In this document: positions 15,950-25,153 of the stretch, in pieces | How the letters are laid out: each line of letters begins with the position of its first letter | Numbering within the stretch: position 1 is the stretch's first letter | Assembly (NCBI GenBank): GCA_964654965.1 | Contig: CAZZLF010000002.1 | Coordinates: 1-34,593, forward strand | From: an uncultured Bdellovibrio sp. | GTDB taxonomy: Bacteria; Bdellovibrionota; UBA1018; CAIMNF01 | DNA length: 34,593 nt | Direction: 5' to 3' | The notes under the pieces: generated by a model | Seen by the model: the letters and a program-made list of their open reading frames with translations, nothing else | The model's database searches: none | Told to the model about the DNA's origin: nothing | Translations under genes and position numbers: made by a program

Positions 15950-16147
15950 ATGAGTAAAATGAGTTTGATAACGCGTATCCGTAGAAAGATTAAGGATCGT
16001 CAAGGTCAGTCTACCACTGAATATATTCTGATTCTCGTCATCGTAGTGATGTTGGCTAGTAGAGTGAGGAATGAAATTTCAGGAATGTTGACCGGAAAAA
16101 TAACTAAAATCAAAACAGACATCGAAAACTTCGAAGGTGAGCCATAG
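15950..16147 (+). CDS. flp: Flp/Fap-family type IVb prepilin (orphan)
   Basis: The sequence is MSKMSLITRIRRKIKDRQG/QSTTEYILILVIVVMLA. It has a basic leader, the G/XXXXEY processing motif, a hydrophobic helix, and a ~46-aa mature peptide. SD GGAGGG lies 6 nt before the ATG at 15950; the ORF track start is 15935. Confidence 0.65.
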   Translation: MSKMSLITRIRRKIKDRQGQSTTEYILILVIVVMLASRVRNEISGMLTGKITKIKTDIENFEGEP

Positions 16148-16167
16148 TCTTTTTTTGAATTTCTTTG

Positions 16168-16212
16168 AAAAGCACCCAGGCGGGCCCTCCCCGTTTAGGG
16201 TGCTTTTTTTTT
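16168..16212. terminator. Bidirectional intrinsic terminator between flp (+) and the T2SS operon end (-)
   Basis: AGCACCC (16171-16177) pairs with GGGUGCU (16198-16204). A T9 run follows on the + strand, and an A4 run upstream becomes U4 on the - strand. Confidence 0.7.
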
Positions 16213-17347
16213 AAATATGAAATCCGAAGTCCAAGGCATAGCGGCGATCTTGCGCACTACCCACATTGAGTCCCATCTCTTCTCCGTAAGTGGCAAAGTC
16301 CATCTTGAAGTATTTGAAATAGAATCCAAGTCCACCACACCAATATCCCTGGTTGATTCCTGCCCGTAATTTTAACCATTTCCAAGTTGCTTCTGAGCCG
16401 AGATGAATGTCACGAAATATACTTCCATTTCCATTCGCACCCATGTCCGTGAATTCCAAAGCAAGCATGAAGTTTGTAAATTCCCAAATCGAATCTTTTC
16501 TTGCAGCTAAGCCGACATTAAAGGAGCGAGGAGAAGGGGTCGGCAATCCAGACCAACCCGGAATTTTTCCACCTAGATTGTCGTAAGTTCCTCCCAGTAC
16601 ATTATTGATGGCAAATGCTAATTCGTAGTTGAGACCGCCGAGTCCCCAATGTGGACGGAATGTACTTCCAAGGTCAAAATCAATATTCATCCCGCTTCCG
16701 CCGCTCAAGGTGTTCTTGATGTTATCTCTGAGCAAGTCATAGAGATTGTAAGCTTTACCAGCGGTAGCTCTAAAGTCAGCATGAATGGTGGTACCGATTG
16801 AAAGTCGCTCTTCAGGAAGTAATCTTCTAGCGACGGAAAAAGCAGGACCACCTCCGATTACAGTCGTCGGAGTGATCAAACCTGATTGAGAAATTTGGCC
16901 CATGACTTGTGCGCTGACGGGTACGCCAAATGCAAAAGCCCAATCTGGGGAGAAAAAATTAGGTTTGTAAAATGCTGGAAACAACATCTGAAAGCGCGCT
17001 GAAAGTGGTTTACCAACCGAATCTGAAAAGGTGTCAAACCCCCCTGAGTTGGAAGAAAGCATTTCGCTGATGGAGGAAAGAGTTCCGCCGCCAGCTTCCA
17101 ATGTGAACTTTGGTAATTGAAACAGGGTTTGCGGGTTCTCAGTGATTCTAGCCGGATTCGCATTAAAATTATCTTCGTAAAAACCAGTCGTATAACGAAC
17201 ATTTCCCATGCCGGCCGTTCGCACGGTTTGGTAGGGGCGAATGATCGGATCAAAGGCGAGGGCAACTGGAGTCAATGTGTTAGAAGCAAGCATTGAAAGG
17301 AGTAACGGAAGGGTGTTTTTAACTAAAACTTTTTTAGGATTGATCAT
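16211..17347 (-). CDS. Putative outer-membrane beta-barrel protein, last gene of the T2SS operon
   Basis: It has a signal peptide (...TLTPVALA/FD) and Gly/aromatic-rich alternating segments. An N-proximal RTAGMGN motif is reminiscent of FadL/PorV/TraF-like barrels. The C-terminus is YALDFGFHI. SD GAAGGTGA is present, and the gene starts 18 nt after the preceding gene. Confidence 0.5.
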   Translation of the reverse strand: MINPKKVLVKNTLPLLLSMLASNTLTPVALAFDPIIRPYQTVRTAGMGNVRYTTGFYEDNFNANPARITENPQTLFQLPKFTLEAGGGTLSSISEMLSSNSGGFDTFSDSVGKPLSARFQMLFPAFYKPNFFSPDWAFAFGVPVSAQVMGQISQSGLITPTTVIGGGPAFSVARRLLPEERLSIGTTIHADFRATAGKAYNLYDLLRDNIKNTLSGGSGMNIDFDLGSTFRPHWGLGGLNYELAFAINNVLGGTYDNLGGKIPGWSGLPTPSPRSFNVGLAARKDSIWEFTNFMLALEFTDMGANGNGSIFRDIHLGSEATWKWLKLRAGINQGYWCGGLGFYFKYFKMDFATYGEEMGLNVGSAQDRRYALDFGFHI

Positions 17348-17365
17348 GATTCACCTTCGGTTTGA

Positions 17366-18223
17366 TTAATTTTCTGAAAAGAGAGCGTTCAGTACTCCAT
17401 AGCGTTTTTGACAATCAGAAGTACCCGGGTTTTCCTTGATTTTTTTAAAAATTTCTCCAATTCCTCCGCCGGAACCGCCACCAAATAGAATATTGCTGGC
17501 ATCATTGGCCGCACTTGCGGCGACAATGACTTTTCCAATCGATGGATTAGTCTCCCAGTTCGTTTGTGTGGCAATCGAATCTGCATCATCATGTGGAAAT
17601 AATTCAGAAGAATCAACGAGTGCAGAACCATCTGGTTTTTCGCATTCAACCCGATTGCAATTTACATTTCCCACTCTCAAGCATACAGAAGGATTCTTCA
17701 CGATGTCACTGGCGGTCAGCTTTCCGTCTGCTCCAACTGAACTGGCAAGAAGATGGTTGGTCATCACCAATGAAGTTATAAATTGCATATAGTTTCTGAT
17801 CGTTTCGTTAGTGATCAAGCTTGAGTCTGCGTACGCATTCTGAATGATTGCCCGATCAGCTGCGGTGATTTTTCCTCTAATGGCGATGGTTTCCGACAGA
17901 AAAGAGAATGATCCTGCGTTACCCGTGTCGCTTCCCAGTGAGATGAACAGATCTGACATCTTGAAAATATTTTTATTCGCAAGGTTGGTTAAAGATGTTT
18001 CGCTGATTTTTACGTCGATGAAAGAATTAGAGAGTTGCTTGTAATAATCCAGGGCACACTGATAATCAGCTCTGTCCAGACAGGCACGAGCGGCATCGAG
18101 CAATTGGGCATCGCCGCTGGGTTTGTCGACAAACGCAAATAGATTGCAGGAGCTAAGGAAAATGACAGTCAGGCAGGAAATCAGTAGTTTGGAAAAATGA
18201 AGGGAATGATGAAAAGTCTTCAT
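17366..18223 (-). CDS. Putative Cys-rich lipoprotein, T2SS-operon associated, unknown function
   Basis: Signal peptide with lipobox FLSS-C. Six further cysteines in the mature part are clustered as C48/C56, C180/C187/C192 and C270. No family was recognised. Confidence 0.55.
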   Translation of the reverse strand: MKTFHHSLHFSKLLISCLTVIFLSSCNLFAFVDKPSGDAQLLDAARACLDRADYQCALDYYKQLSNSFIDVKISETSLTNLANKNIFKMSDLFISLGSDTGNAGSFSFLSETIAIRGKITAADRAIIQNAYADSSLITNETIRNYMQFITSLVMTNHLLASSVGADGKLTASDIVKNPSVCLRVGNVNCNRVECEKPDGSALVDSSELFPHDDADSIATQTNWETNPSIGKVIVAASAANDASNILFGGGSGGGIGEIFKKIKENPGTSDCQKRYGVLNALFSEN

Positions 18224-18262
18224 TCTTCAATGTTAAGGTGACTGCTAGGTGTTAAAAAAGAA

Positions 18263-19198
18263 TTATTTTTGTGGATCCGGAGCAGGAAATGGAGCCATCA
18301 ATGAACCTGTCAATTTATAGGCGTATTTGCCATCTGATTGTTTTGCAGATCCCAAGATCGTATCGAGCAGGGGAATGCTTTGTTTGATCTTGTCAGAAAG
18401 TCCAATGAGAGTCCGTAAGTTCAGATTGCTGGAATTGATGTTTCGATTGAGTCCGATATCACCGGTCACTGCAATTTGAATATCATCAGCACCTTTGCCG
18501 ATCACGATCTGCTTCATCTGAACTTTTCCCTGTTGAATGAGAGCGTTGATGACGCCTTCCTTGATATCCATGTCGGGAAGATGAAAACCAAAAAGGTTCT
18601 GCTCTTCAAAATGAATTCGACTCAGATTCAAGTTAATATTGCCAATCAGAGAAGGCAGATCAGCCAAGTGACCATCGAGATGAATATTCCCATTGATCAG
18701 GCCAGAACCCTTGATTCCTCCCACAAAAGACAAAATTCCAAATTTTCCAAGATCAATCGAATTCAAATTTACGGTTCCATCAATCAAATCACCGCGAATC
18801 GTGCCATCGAAAGTGAGGGTAGCGGGACCTTGGGTGATTTCCAATTCAGCTCCAATTTTTCCGGTAATCAGTGAAGAAAGTTTTGGGGATACCACCAGGG
18901 AGTCCAATTCGATTCGACTCAAGTCAGGAAGTTCAATCGAGGGCTGGATCAAGCGATACTGAAAGCCCTTCCAGATGGAGAGTTCCCTGCCTTGATCGGA
19001 AATGTAGATTCCATAAGGATCCAAGGATTGCTGAACCACGCCTTGGACTAATCCGGTGATTTTAGCCTGCGGTAGTTTGGTCAGGGTAAAAAACAGTAAA
19101 ATTAGGACAAATAAAAAACCAAGAACGATTTTTTTGAATAGTGAAAGTGACTCCTGAGTCGTCTGGCTATGGGTTAATCCCTGTTGGATGGCGCTCAT
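18263..19198 (-). CDS. gspN: Type II secretion protein GspN-like (long form)
   Basis: It overlaps the gspM stop in an ATGA. It has one N-terminal TM (IVLGFLFVLILLFFTL) and a ~260-aa beta-rich periplasmic domain. The position after gspM matches the long GspN of Leptospira/Bdellovibrio-type T2SS loci, from memory only. Confidence 0.5.
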   Translation of the reverse strand: MSAIQQGLTHSQTTQESLSLFKKIVLGFLFVLILLFFTLTKLPQAKITGLVQGVVQQSLDPYGIYISDQGRELSIWKGFQYRLIQPSIELPDLSRIELDSLVVSPKLSSLITGKIGAELEITQGPATLTFDGTIRGDLIDGTVNLNSIDLGKFGILSFVGGIKGSGLINGNIHLDGHLADLPSLIGNINLNLSRIHFEEQNLFGFHLPDMDIKEGVINALIQQGKVQMKQIVIGKGADDIQIAVTGDIGLNRNINSSNLNLRTLIGLSDKIKQSIPLLDTILGSAKQSDGKYAYKLTGSLMAPFPAPDPQK

Positions 19199-19788
19199 TT
19201 TGATTTCACCTCTTTAGCCATGTAACCGCTGAGATTGAGTTTTGCATTCAACGTGCTTCCGCCACTCACGGGCTCAACTTTCATTCCCTTCAATTTGATG
19301 GGAGGTTGTGCATGTTCCATCTGGTAGAGAAGTTGAACCAAAGGTTGAACAGCAATTCCCTTGATCATCACTTCCAGTAAAAACTCCTGGATGACGTTCT
19401 GGGAATTTCCTTGTGATTCTTTGAGAATTTCTACCGATTCAGGAGGAAGTCCCTGTGCGGCGGCGAGTGATTCGATTGTTTTTTTCCAAGTTTGGGTAGA
19501 GGATTGATTGATGCCCGCGCTTTGTCCCTTGAGGCGGCGAAGTTCATCACCTCCCTGGTTTAATACTTGGGTGAGTTCCAGTTTTTGATAGTATTCATCC
19601 TTGATTCCACTGGAACTGCTTCTGATGTTCCAAGTGAGCATGATAAAGGCGATAAAAATAGCAGAAAAACCACCCCATTTCACATAGGTTTGTTGTTCGG
19701 GTGAGAGTTGTTGAAACGCACTCTGAATCTGTTGGAACCACTCCTGATCTTTCAGTTGTTGGGTGAATTGTTTCAACTTTTGATTCAT
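19195..19788 (-). CDS. gspM: Type II secretion protein GspM
   Basis: The 197-aa protein has a cytoplasmic N-terminus, a single TM (GGFSAIFIAFIMLTW) and a small periplasmic alpha/beta domain. It overlaps gspL in an ATGA. Confidence 0.6.
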   Translation of the reverse strand: MNQKLKQFTQQLKDQEWFQQIQSAFQQLSPEQQTYVKWGGFSAIFIAFIMLTWNIRSSSSGIKDEYYQKLELTQVLNQGGDELRRLKGQSAGINQSSTQTWKKTIESLAAAQGLPPESVEILKESQGNSQNVIQEFLLEVMIKGIAVQPLVQLLYQMEHAQPPIKLKGMKVEPVSGGSTLNAKLNLSGYMAKEVKSK

Positions 19789-21392
19789 TTGACGGACTCC
19801 ACGGAGCCATTGAAAGAGATTTTGAAAATTTTGCGTCCATCTTCATTGACCTCTTCAGAAGCTCCTTTTTTCATGTGGTAGGTTTTTTCGAGGACATCCG
19901 AAAGTTTCGCCATCATCTGCGGATTGGCTACCAAAAAGGATAGTTCGGTTTTGAAACTTCGATTTTCTTTGTAGGAGTCGACAAGGTCTGATCCCGCATC
20001 GAACTTAATCATGTCGACTACGATATCTTTTCCGATATTCTGGGAAATGGATTTGAGGAAATTGATGGGTGAGTTTTTATTCGGGCTGAAAAGTTTGCTC
20101 AGTTCCCGCTCTCTGGAGAGTTCGGACTGAACCGTTTTTTTCAGTTTATCCATATCCGCAAGATAATTTCTCACCGAGTTGTCTGAGATGTTAGAACCGG
20201 AAGAAATTGAAAAATAATTCTTCACAGACTGTTTCAGGCTTTCATCAACTTCGTTCAAGCGTCCTTTGTAATACTGGAGTTCGATTGATTTCGTCGCGAA
20301 AAAAACCAAAGCCGTGATGGCGATATAGGGAAGTGGTTTGCGGATCGTTTCCCAGGTCGAGGTTTTATCAGCGGAGTGCTTTTCAAATTCATTTTTTCTG
20401 AAATTAATCGGTGGAAGTTTGTCCATAGGGATCGCAGTCATGGCCAGTGCGATCGCCTTACCAAAATCGATTTCAGAGGAATCGGAATAAGATAATTTTT
20501 GATTAGAGAGCAAGCTTAGAGGGCGAAATAAGTCGACACTCTTTCCAGTGATGTCTGATAGCCAGTGAGAAAACCCCGGGATAAATGCTCCTTCTCCGGT
20601 GATCCAGATGTGGGAGATGGATTCTTTTAATGAATGTCTTGCGGCCAATTCGATTTGCTTGATTTCAGGTGCCAGCGCCGCAAAGATTTCTGAAATGGAT
20701 TCAGAAACTTTCTGGTCGATGCCATTGAAACCGACATCGTGAATCCACGATCGAATCTGTTCCTGGGTTCCAGAAAGATCTTCAGCAAGTTTTTGTTCTA
20801 TTTTCCTGATTCCAAATTGAATTTCTCGATAGAGAACCGGCTTGTTTTCGTGATGGATGTAGACGTAAGTCTTGGTTTTTTCCAAACCGAAAAGCATGAT
20901 GGGTTTTCCGGTTCCGATTCTCTGTAAAAGTGTTCGAAACGCCCAAGGGTCGGTAGTGATCACTTCCGGGTCAATTCCATAGGAATTCAAATGTTCGAGG
21001 AAACTTTTAAAACTTTCTTTTTTTCCTGCACCGACATGAATCGCTGAACCTTGGGGTCCGACAGAAAGTGTAACGGCATCGTAGTGAAGGTTGTCTTTGT
21101 CGAAGGGTAGGTCATCTTCGAGTTCAAATTCAAGAGCGGAGCGTACAGCTTTTTTGTCTCGGCTGTTGATCTGTAAATTTCGAAAAGTGCACATCTCTGA
21201 GGGTGCAGAGATGACCAGTCGATCTGGTTTACGAAGTAAAGAATTGATTAGCCGGTTTGCGGCTTCTTCCGCTGAGGTTCCTTCCATCACCTTGATTTGA
21301 TGGGTATCTCTTAATTCAAAACGGCCAAATGCAGTGTCGATCTCAACGGCACTGACGCGTTCAGCATGAATGTCCATTCCAACGACTCGCAT
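19785..21392 (-). CDS. gspL: Type II secretion protein GspL (PilM/actin-like cytoplasmic domain, TM, periplasmic domain)
   Basis: The N-terminus MRVVGMDIHAERVSAVEI is PilM/GspL-like. A TM (PLPYIAITALVFFATKSI) lies near residue 350. Its position is between gspK and gspM. The length is 535 aa. Confidence 0.7.
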   Translation of the reverse strand: MRVVGMDIHAERVSAVEIDTAFGRFELRDTHQIKVMEGTSAEEAANRLINSLLRKPDRLVISAPSEMCTFRNLQINSRDKKAVRSALEFELEDDLPFDKDNLHYDAVTLSVGPQGSAIHVGAGKKESFKSFLEHLNSYGIDPEVITTDPWAFRTLLQRIGTGKPIMLFGLEKTKTYVYIHHENKPVLYREIQFGIRKIEQKLAEDLSGTQEQIRSWIHDVGFNGIDQKVSESISEIFAALAPEIKQIELAARHSLKESISHIWITGEGAFIPGFSHWLSDITGKSVDLFRPLSLLSNQKLSYSDSSEIDFGKAIALAMTAIPMDKLPPINFRKNEFEKHSADKTSTWETIRKPLPYIAITALVFFATKSIELQYYKGRLNEVDESLKQSVKNYFSISSGSNISDNSVRNYLADMDKLKKTVQSELSRERELSKLFSPNKNSPINFLKSISQNIGKDIVVDMIKFDAGSDLVDSYKENRSFKTELSFLVANPQMMAKLSDVLEKTYHMKKGASEEVNEDGRKIFKISFNGSVESVK

Positions 21393-21425
21393 AGGCTTAT
21401 TGTATCCTTTCTTTGTACATCGATG

Positions 21426-22709
21426 CTACAAAAACCGCATTTCCATGACTCTCAGACCACTATTTTTTGAGGTCGTGTCCATGGAGGGAGGGGTGTTCGG
21501 TAATACCGGTTCCTCTTTTACTTGTTCCACAATGGCTTCCATCGTTTTTTTGGTCTGATGGACGGTCGCTTCAATGTGCACCAAAAATTGACTCTCATCT
21601 ACATCGATCACCAATCCCCGTTTAATCAGACTGTCCTTGAATTCCTGAATTTTGGTCGGACTATTGAAGGCCGCAATGTTTTTCGAAAGATAGTCAAAAA
21701 AAGAAGCAATATCCTTGAAGAGTCCACCCCCAGAGTTTTGAGCAGGTGATCCGTCACCACTGTTCTTGGTGTCGGTGGTGCTTGGGGTTTTATCCCGATA
21801 TTCGAAAAACTTTTTTCTTTCCTCCTTGGTCATGGAGGGAATCAGCGCCGCTAAAGCGGGTTCCAGAATCTTATTGACGTTAATCTTTGAATTCACCGTG
21901 GTGGAATAGGCTGGAGCAAGCAAATTGTAGAGTTCATCATCGATGCTCGGAAGAAAATGAAGTTCAGAAATATCGTAAAAAGGAGCCCGTTTCAGGGGAA
22001 GGTCTGTGGATTGAGAACGAAGACTGTCATACGACAGGTCGTTCCATGACATAATGTCGTCGGCGAGGTCGGAAATCCTGAGGTTACGGTAAACATTCCG
22101 AAACTTCTCGTCTTCATCAAACTTATTCTGAATCGTTTGGGTGATTTGCTGAGTCAGTAATTCGCGTGCTTCTGCTGCGTTAAATACTGCAGGAGTAGAA
22201 TTTGGCATCGGTGTTGGTGTGGGCGACCCGGATGCGGATACCGGAGGCGGTACAAAAGGAGTGAGGTAGCTGTTCAAGTTGAATTTTGAGGATTGGGAAA
22301 GTACGGAGATGTAGAGCTTACCTTCCAATCCACTGTCTTTTCTGAATTTTTCGATGGTGTCTTTTACGGAAGTCGGTAAACCGGTGAGGTCTCCGGTGTA
22401 AGGAATCGTGAGCGGTTCATTCCAGATTTTTTCGATCATTTCCTTGGGAGCGACATCTTCGCCGCCAAGTTGCTTAATGATTTTTTTCAGTTCGAAATAG
22501 GCGCGAATCCTCAACAGGGCAAGGCGCATTCCGCTTTTGGCAAGGGCCGTTGCCTTGACGTTGTCCAAGCGATCATAAGCTAATTTTTGGTTGATTTGAG
22601 CGGTGTAGGTGATTTCCCCAAGAAAAATCGCCAACGTTGCCATTGCAGTCAGTACAATAAAGAGAGCGACACCCCGTCTGTTCCTAATAAGTCGATGGAA
22701 GGACTTCAT
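21426..22709 (-). CDS. gspK: Type II secretion minor pseudopilin GspK
   Basis: MKSFHRLIRNRRG/VALFIVLTAMATLAIFLGE is a pseudopilin-like N-terminus without Glu+5, as in GspK. The globular domain is large. SD GGAGA lies 6 nt before the ATG at 22709; the ORF track start is 22742. Confidence 0.8.
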   Translation of the reverse strand: MKSFHRLIRNRRGVALFIVLTAMATLAIFLGEITYTAQINQKLAYDRLDNVKATALAKSGMRLALLRIRAYFELKKIIKQLGGEDVAPKEMIEKIWNEPLTIPYTGDLTGLPTSVKDTIEKFRKDSGLEGKLYISVLSQSSKFNLNSYLTPFVPPPVSASGSPTPTPMPNSTPAVFNAAEARELLTQQITQTIQNKFDEDEKFRNVYRNLRISDLADDIMSWNDLSYDSLRSQSTDLPLKRAPFYDISELHFLPSIDDELYNLLAPAYSTTVNSKINVNKILEPALAALIPSMTKEERKKFFEYRDKTPSTTDTKNSGDGSPAQNSGGGLFKDIASFFDYLSKNIAAFNSPTKIQEFKDSLIKRGLVIDVDESQFLVHIEATVHQTKKTMEAIVEQVKEEPVLPNTPPSMDTTSKNSGLRVMEMRFL

Positions 22710-23559
22710 TCGGTGTCTCCAATTTAAAAAGGATGTTTGCATCCATGGTTCGGCCGTTCAAGGCGCGCAGTGATAATTCGACTTCGACTGACTCAGGAAA
22801 AGAGCCCTTGAACTCATCATTATCGGAATCCCAGGAGTTCAGTGGATTTTTTTCTCCAAACTTGTAATAGCGAAATTTCAGCGATTTGATCTGGTTCAAG
22901 ATCGTAAAATACTGGATGTAGGGTGCCTCGCGGGGCTCTTCCAGATCGAAGGCCCTGGCATTTTCTGTTTTCACGAGTGAAAACAGATCGGCATTTTGCT
23001 GATTTTGCTCTTTAGTAAGATTCGGGTTTTCTGGCTGCTTCACCAATTCGTATTTCACTTTGGCAAAAATGGATTCATGTTTTTCACGATAGATCCGGAT
23101 GTGGGAAGACGAAACAAAACTCATCGATTTCTCATCGCCTTTAAAGCGGGAAGGGCGGATTCCCGAGACGCTCAAGACTTTTCCCCAATATTCGAAGGAT
23201 TGAAAGGCCGTACCTCGAAGTTTGTTATTCACATCTTGAGCATTCATTTTTCCAGGTAAGGTTAGTGTCGGAGGATCATAAGGATTCAACGGATTGGTAC
23301 CCGGCGGTAGAAACCATCTGGGATTGAATACTTGGTTCAAGTCACGTTCAATCAACGATACAGAAGTGCGAAACTCACTGCTGAACTCAGTTTCATCTTT
23401 TAGATTTTCTTTCAGTTTCGCCGCATCGATTACTGCCTTCGACGTTGCCACTCCAATGATGACCAGAATGAAAAGTGAGATCATCACTTCTATGAGCGTG
23501 AATCCAGAAATCGAGTTGCCGGATGACCGATCAGTCTGTCGGATTGATATTGATTTCAT
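22684..23559 (-). CDS. gspJ: Type II secretion minor pseudopilin GspJ
   Basis: The prepilin motif is ...NSISG/FTLIEVMISLFILVI. Its position is between gspI and gspK. Confidence 0.75.
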   Translation of the reverse strand: MKSISIRQTDRSSGNSISGFTLIEVMISLFILVIIGVATSKAVIDAAKLKENLKDETEFSSEFRTSVSLIERDLNQVFNPRWFLPPGTNPLNPYDPPTLTLPGKMNAQDVNNKLRGTAFQSFEYWGKVLSVSGIRPSRFKGDEKSMSFVSSSHIRIYREKHESIFAKVKYELVKQPENPNLTKEQNQQNADLFSLVKTENARAFDLEEPREAPYIQYFTILNQIKSLKFRYYKFGEKNPLNSWDSDNDEFKGSFPESVEVELSLRALNGRTMDANILFKLETPNEVLPSTY

Positions 23560-24052
23560 GGTTAAGATCTACCCAATATTGGCTTACGCTGTATTTCTGT
23601 TCTTCTTTTTTTTCTGTCCAGAGAATGGTGACGGTGATTTCACGCGTGGATTTTGAAAAATAACTCGTGGCAATTTTCACCACTCGCATTGCATTCTCAT
23701 CAATCGTCTTGATCATTTCCTTGGATAGCGCATCATCCGCATTCTGAAGATCGATTTCGGGAAATTTCACTTCCTTGATTTTACGTACCCAGCGGTATTC
23801 CTCAAACGGAGCTTTAAATTGCCCGGTTTCCTCGTCTTTCACTTCGGTAAAACTCTTGCCGCTCATTTCACGTTCAGCTTCGATGAGCGCATTTTTTGCC
23901 AAAGTAGCGACCGTGGTCATTCTCTTAGCTCGAATGGTGGTGTCGAGACTATTGCTTTCGCCGATGATGATGGTGCCGATCCCGATTGCAAGAATTCCAA
24001 CGGCAATCATGACTTCCAAAAGTGTGAATCCGGATTGCGGATGAGCTTTCAT
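23531..24052 (-). CDS. gspI: Type II secretion minor pseudopilin GspI
   Basis: The prepilin motif is MKAHPQSG/FTLLEVMIAVGILAIG. It overlaps the gspH stop in an ATGA. Confidence 0.75.
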   Translation of the reverse strand: MKAHPQSGFTLLEVMIAVGILAIGIGTIIIGESNSLDTTIRAKRMTTVATLAKNALIEAEREMSGKSFTEVKDEETGQFKAPFEEYRWVRKIKEVKFPEIDLQNADDALSKEMIKTIDENAMRVVKIATSYFSKSTREITVTILWTEKKEEQKYSVSQYWVDLNHEININPTD

Positions 24053-24663
24053 CGAGCCCCCTTTCCGAATACTTCTTTGGACTCGATCATTCGACCTTCA
24101 ACTGCACAACGGCCGAGTAGATTGGAAACAACGAGGGAAATTTGATTTTTATTGTTGTCTTCAAGATGGATCAACGATCTCTCGGTCAGTCCTTGAGGAA
24201 AAATATGGGTATAAGCGATTCCATTGGTGATCGGATCTTCTGATTGCTCCGTATACACATCTTTGAATTTTACCCCGATGGGTAAAGTCCTTTTTTTGCG
24301 GTTCAGAACCGGATCCATTGAAAAAGGGCTTTTCTTCTGGGTGTCTTGTTTGCCGCTGAAAATGGATTCCCGTTCGCGTTCCAGCTTGAGGGATTCATCG
24401 CTTTGAAGAAGAGTGCTCTCACTGGTTGCTTCAGCCCAGAACTGATCATTTTTAAGATCATACGCAACACGATAAGTTTTGCCGGTGATTTGGGCGGAAT
24501 TCGAGGCCTCTTTAATGAGAGTTGCGATTTCGCGGGCCGTAGACTGCACTGAGTATCGGAATGTATTTGAGATATTGGGCACGGCAATCACCGCGACGAG
24601 TCCCAAAATCGCAACCACAATCAGCAATTCTATCAGTGAGAATCCGGCCTCGCGATTTCGCAT
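24049..24663 (-). CDS. gspH: Type II secretion minor pseudopilin GspH
   Basis: The prepilin motif is MRNREAG/FSLIELLIVVAILGL. It follows gspG. SD AAAGGAA is present. Confidence 0.75.
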   Translation of the reverse strand: MRNREAGFSLIELLIVVAILGLVAVIAVPNISNTFRYSVQSTAREIATLIKEASNSAQITGKTYRVAYDLKNDQFWAEATSESTLLQSDESLKLERERESIFSGKQDTQKKSPFSMDPVLNRKKRTLPIGVKFKDVYTEQSEDPITNGIAYTHIFPQGLTERSLIHLEDNNKNQISLVVSNLLGRCAVEGRMIESKEVFGKGAR

Positions 24664-24679
24664 TGGTTCCTTTCGTGAA

Positions 24680-25120
24680 TCAATCGGTATCAGTCACTAT
24701 GATATCAGCATCATTATCGGTTCCACCGGCTTTCATGTCGGCTCCGAGCGATTTGATTTCGAAATTTGATCCATCAGCAGATGAGTAGATGAATTCCTTA
24801 TCCCAGCCATCTTTCGGCATTTTTCCGCCCATGTAACCACCTGGAGCGTAATTTTTGCACTCAGTACCGGAAGCAGGCTTATTCAAAAGTGCTTCCAAGC
24901 CTTGATCTGTAGTCGGGTAGAGGTTGCAATCAAGTCGATAGCTTTTTAGTACCGAAGCGATTTGCTTCATTTGGACTTTGGTCGTGTCGACCTTAGCTTT
25001 AGTGAATTTAGCAATCAGGTTTGGTCCGATCACTCCGATGAGCAAGCCCATGATCCCGATCACGATCATCAATTCGATGAGCGAGAACCCGGCTTCTTTT
25101 TTTCTATTTAGTTTTTTCAT
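24680..25120 (-). CDS. gspG: Type II secretion major pseudopilin GspG
   Basis: MKKLNRKKEAG/FSLIELMIVIGIMGLL, then ...YRLDCNLYPTTDQGLEALL...DGWDKEFIY, is typical GspG. SD AGGAGA lies 8 nt before the ATG at 25120; the ORF track start is 25147. Confidence 0.93.
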   Translation of the reverse strand: MKKLNRKKEAGFSLIELMIVIGIMGLLIGVIGPNLIAKFTKAKVDTTKVQMKQIASVLKSYRLDCNLYPTTDQGLEALLNKPASGTECKNYAPGGYMGGKMPKDGWDKEFIYSSADGSNFEIKSLGADMKAGGTDNDADIIVTDTD

Positions 25121-25153
25121 GATTTGTTTCTCCTTTTGATTTTTCATTTATGT

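Noticed and set aside
16876-17265. 129-aa ORF in an alternative frame on the - strand
   Set aside because: It is nested inside the 378-aa beta-barrel gene in another frame. The longer ORF has a signal peptide, an SD and a coherent composition.
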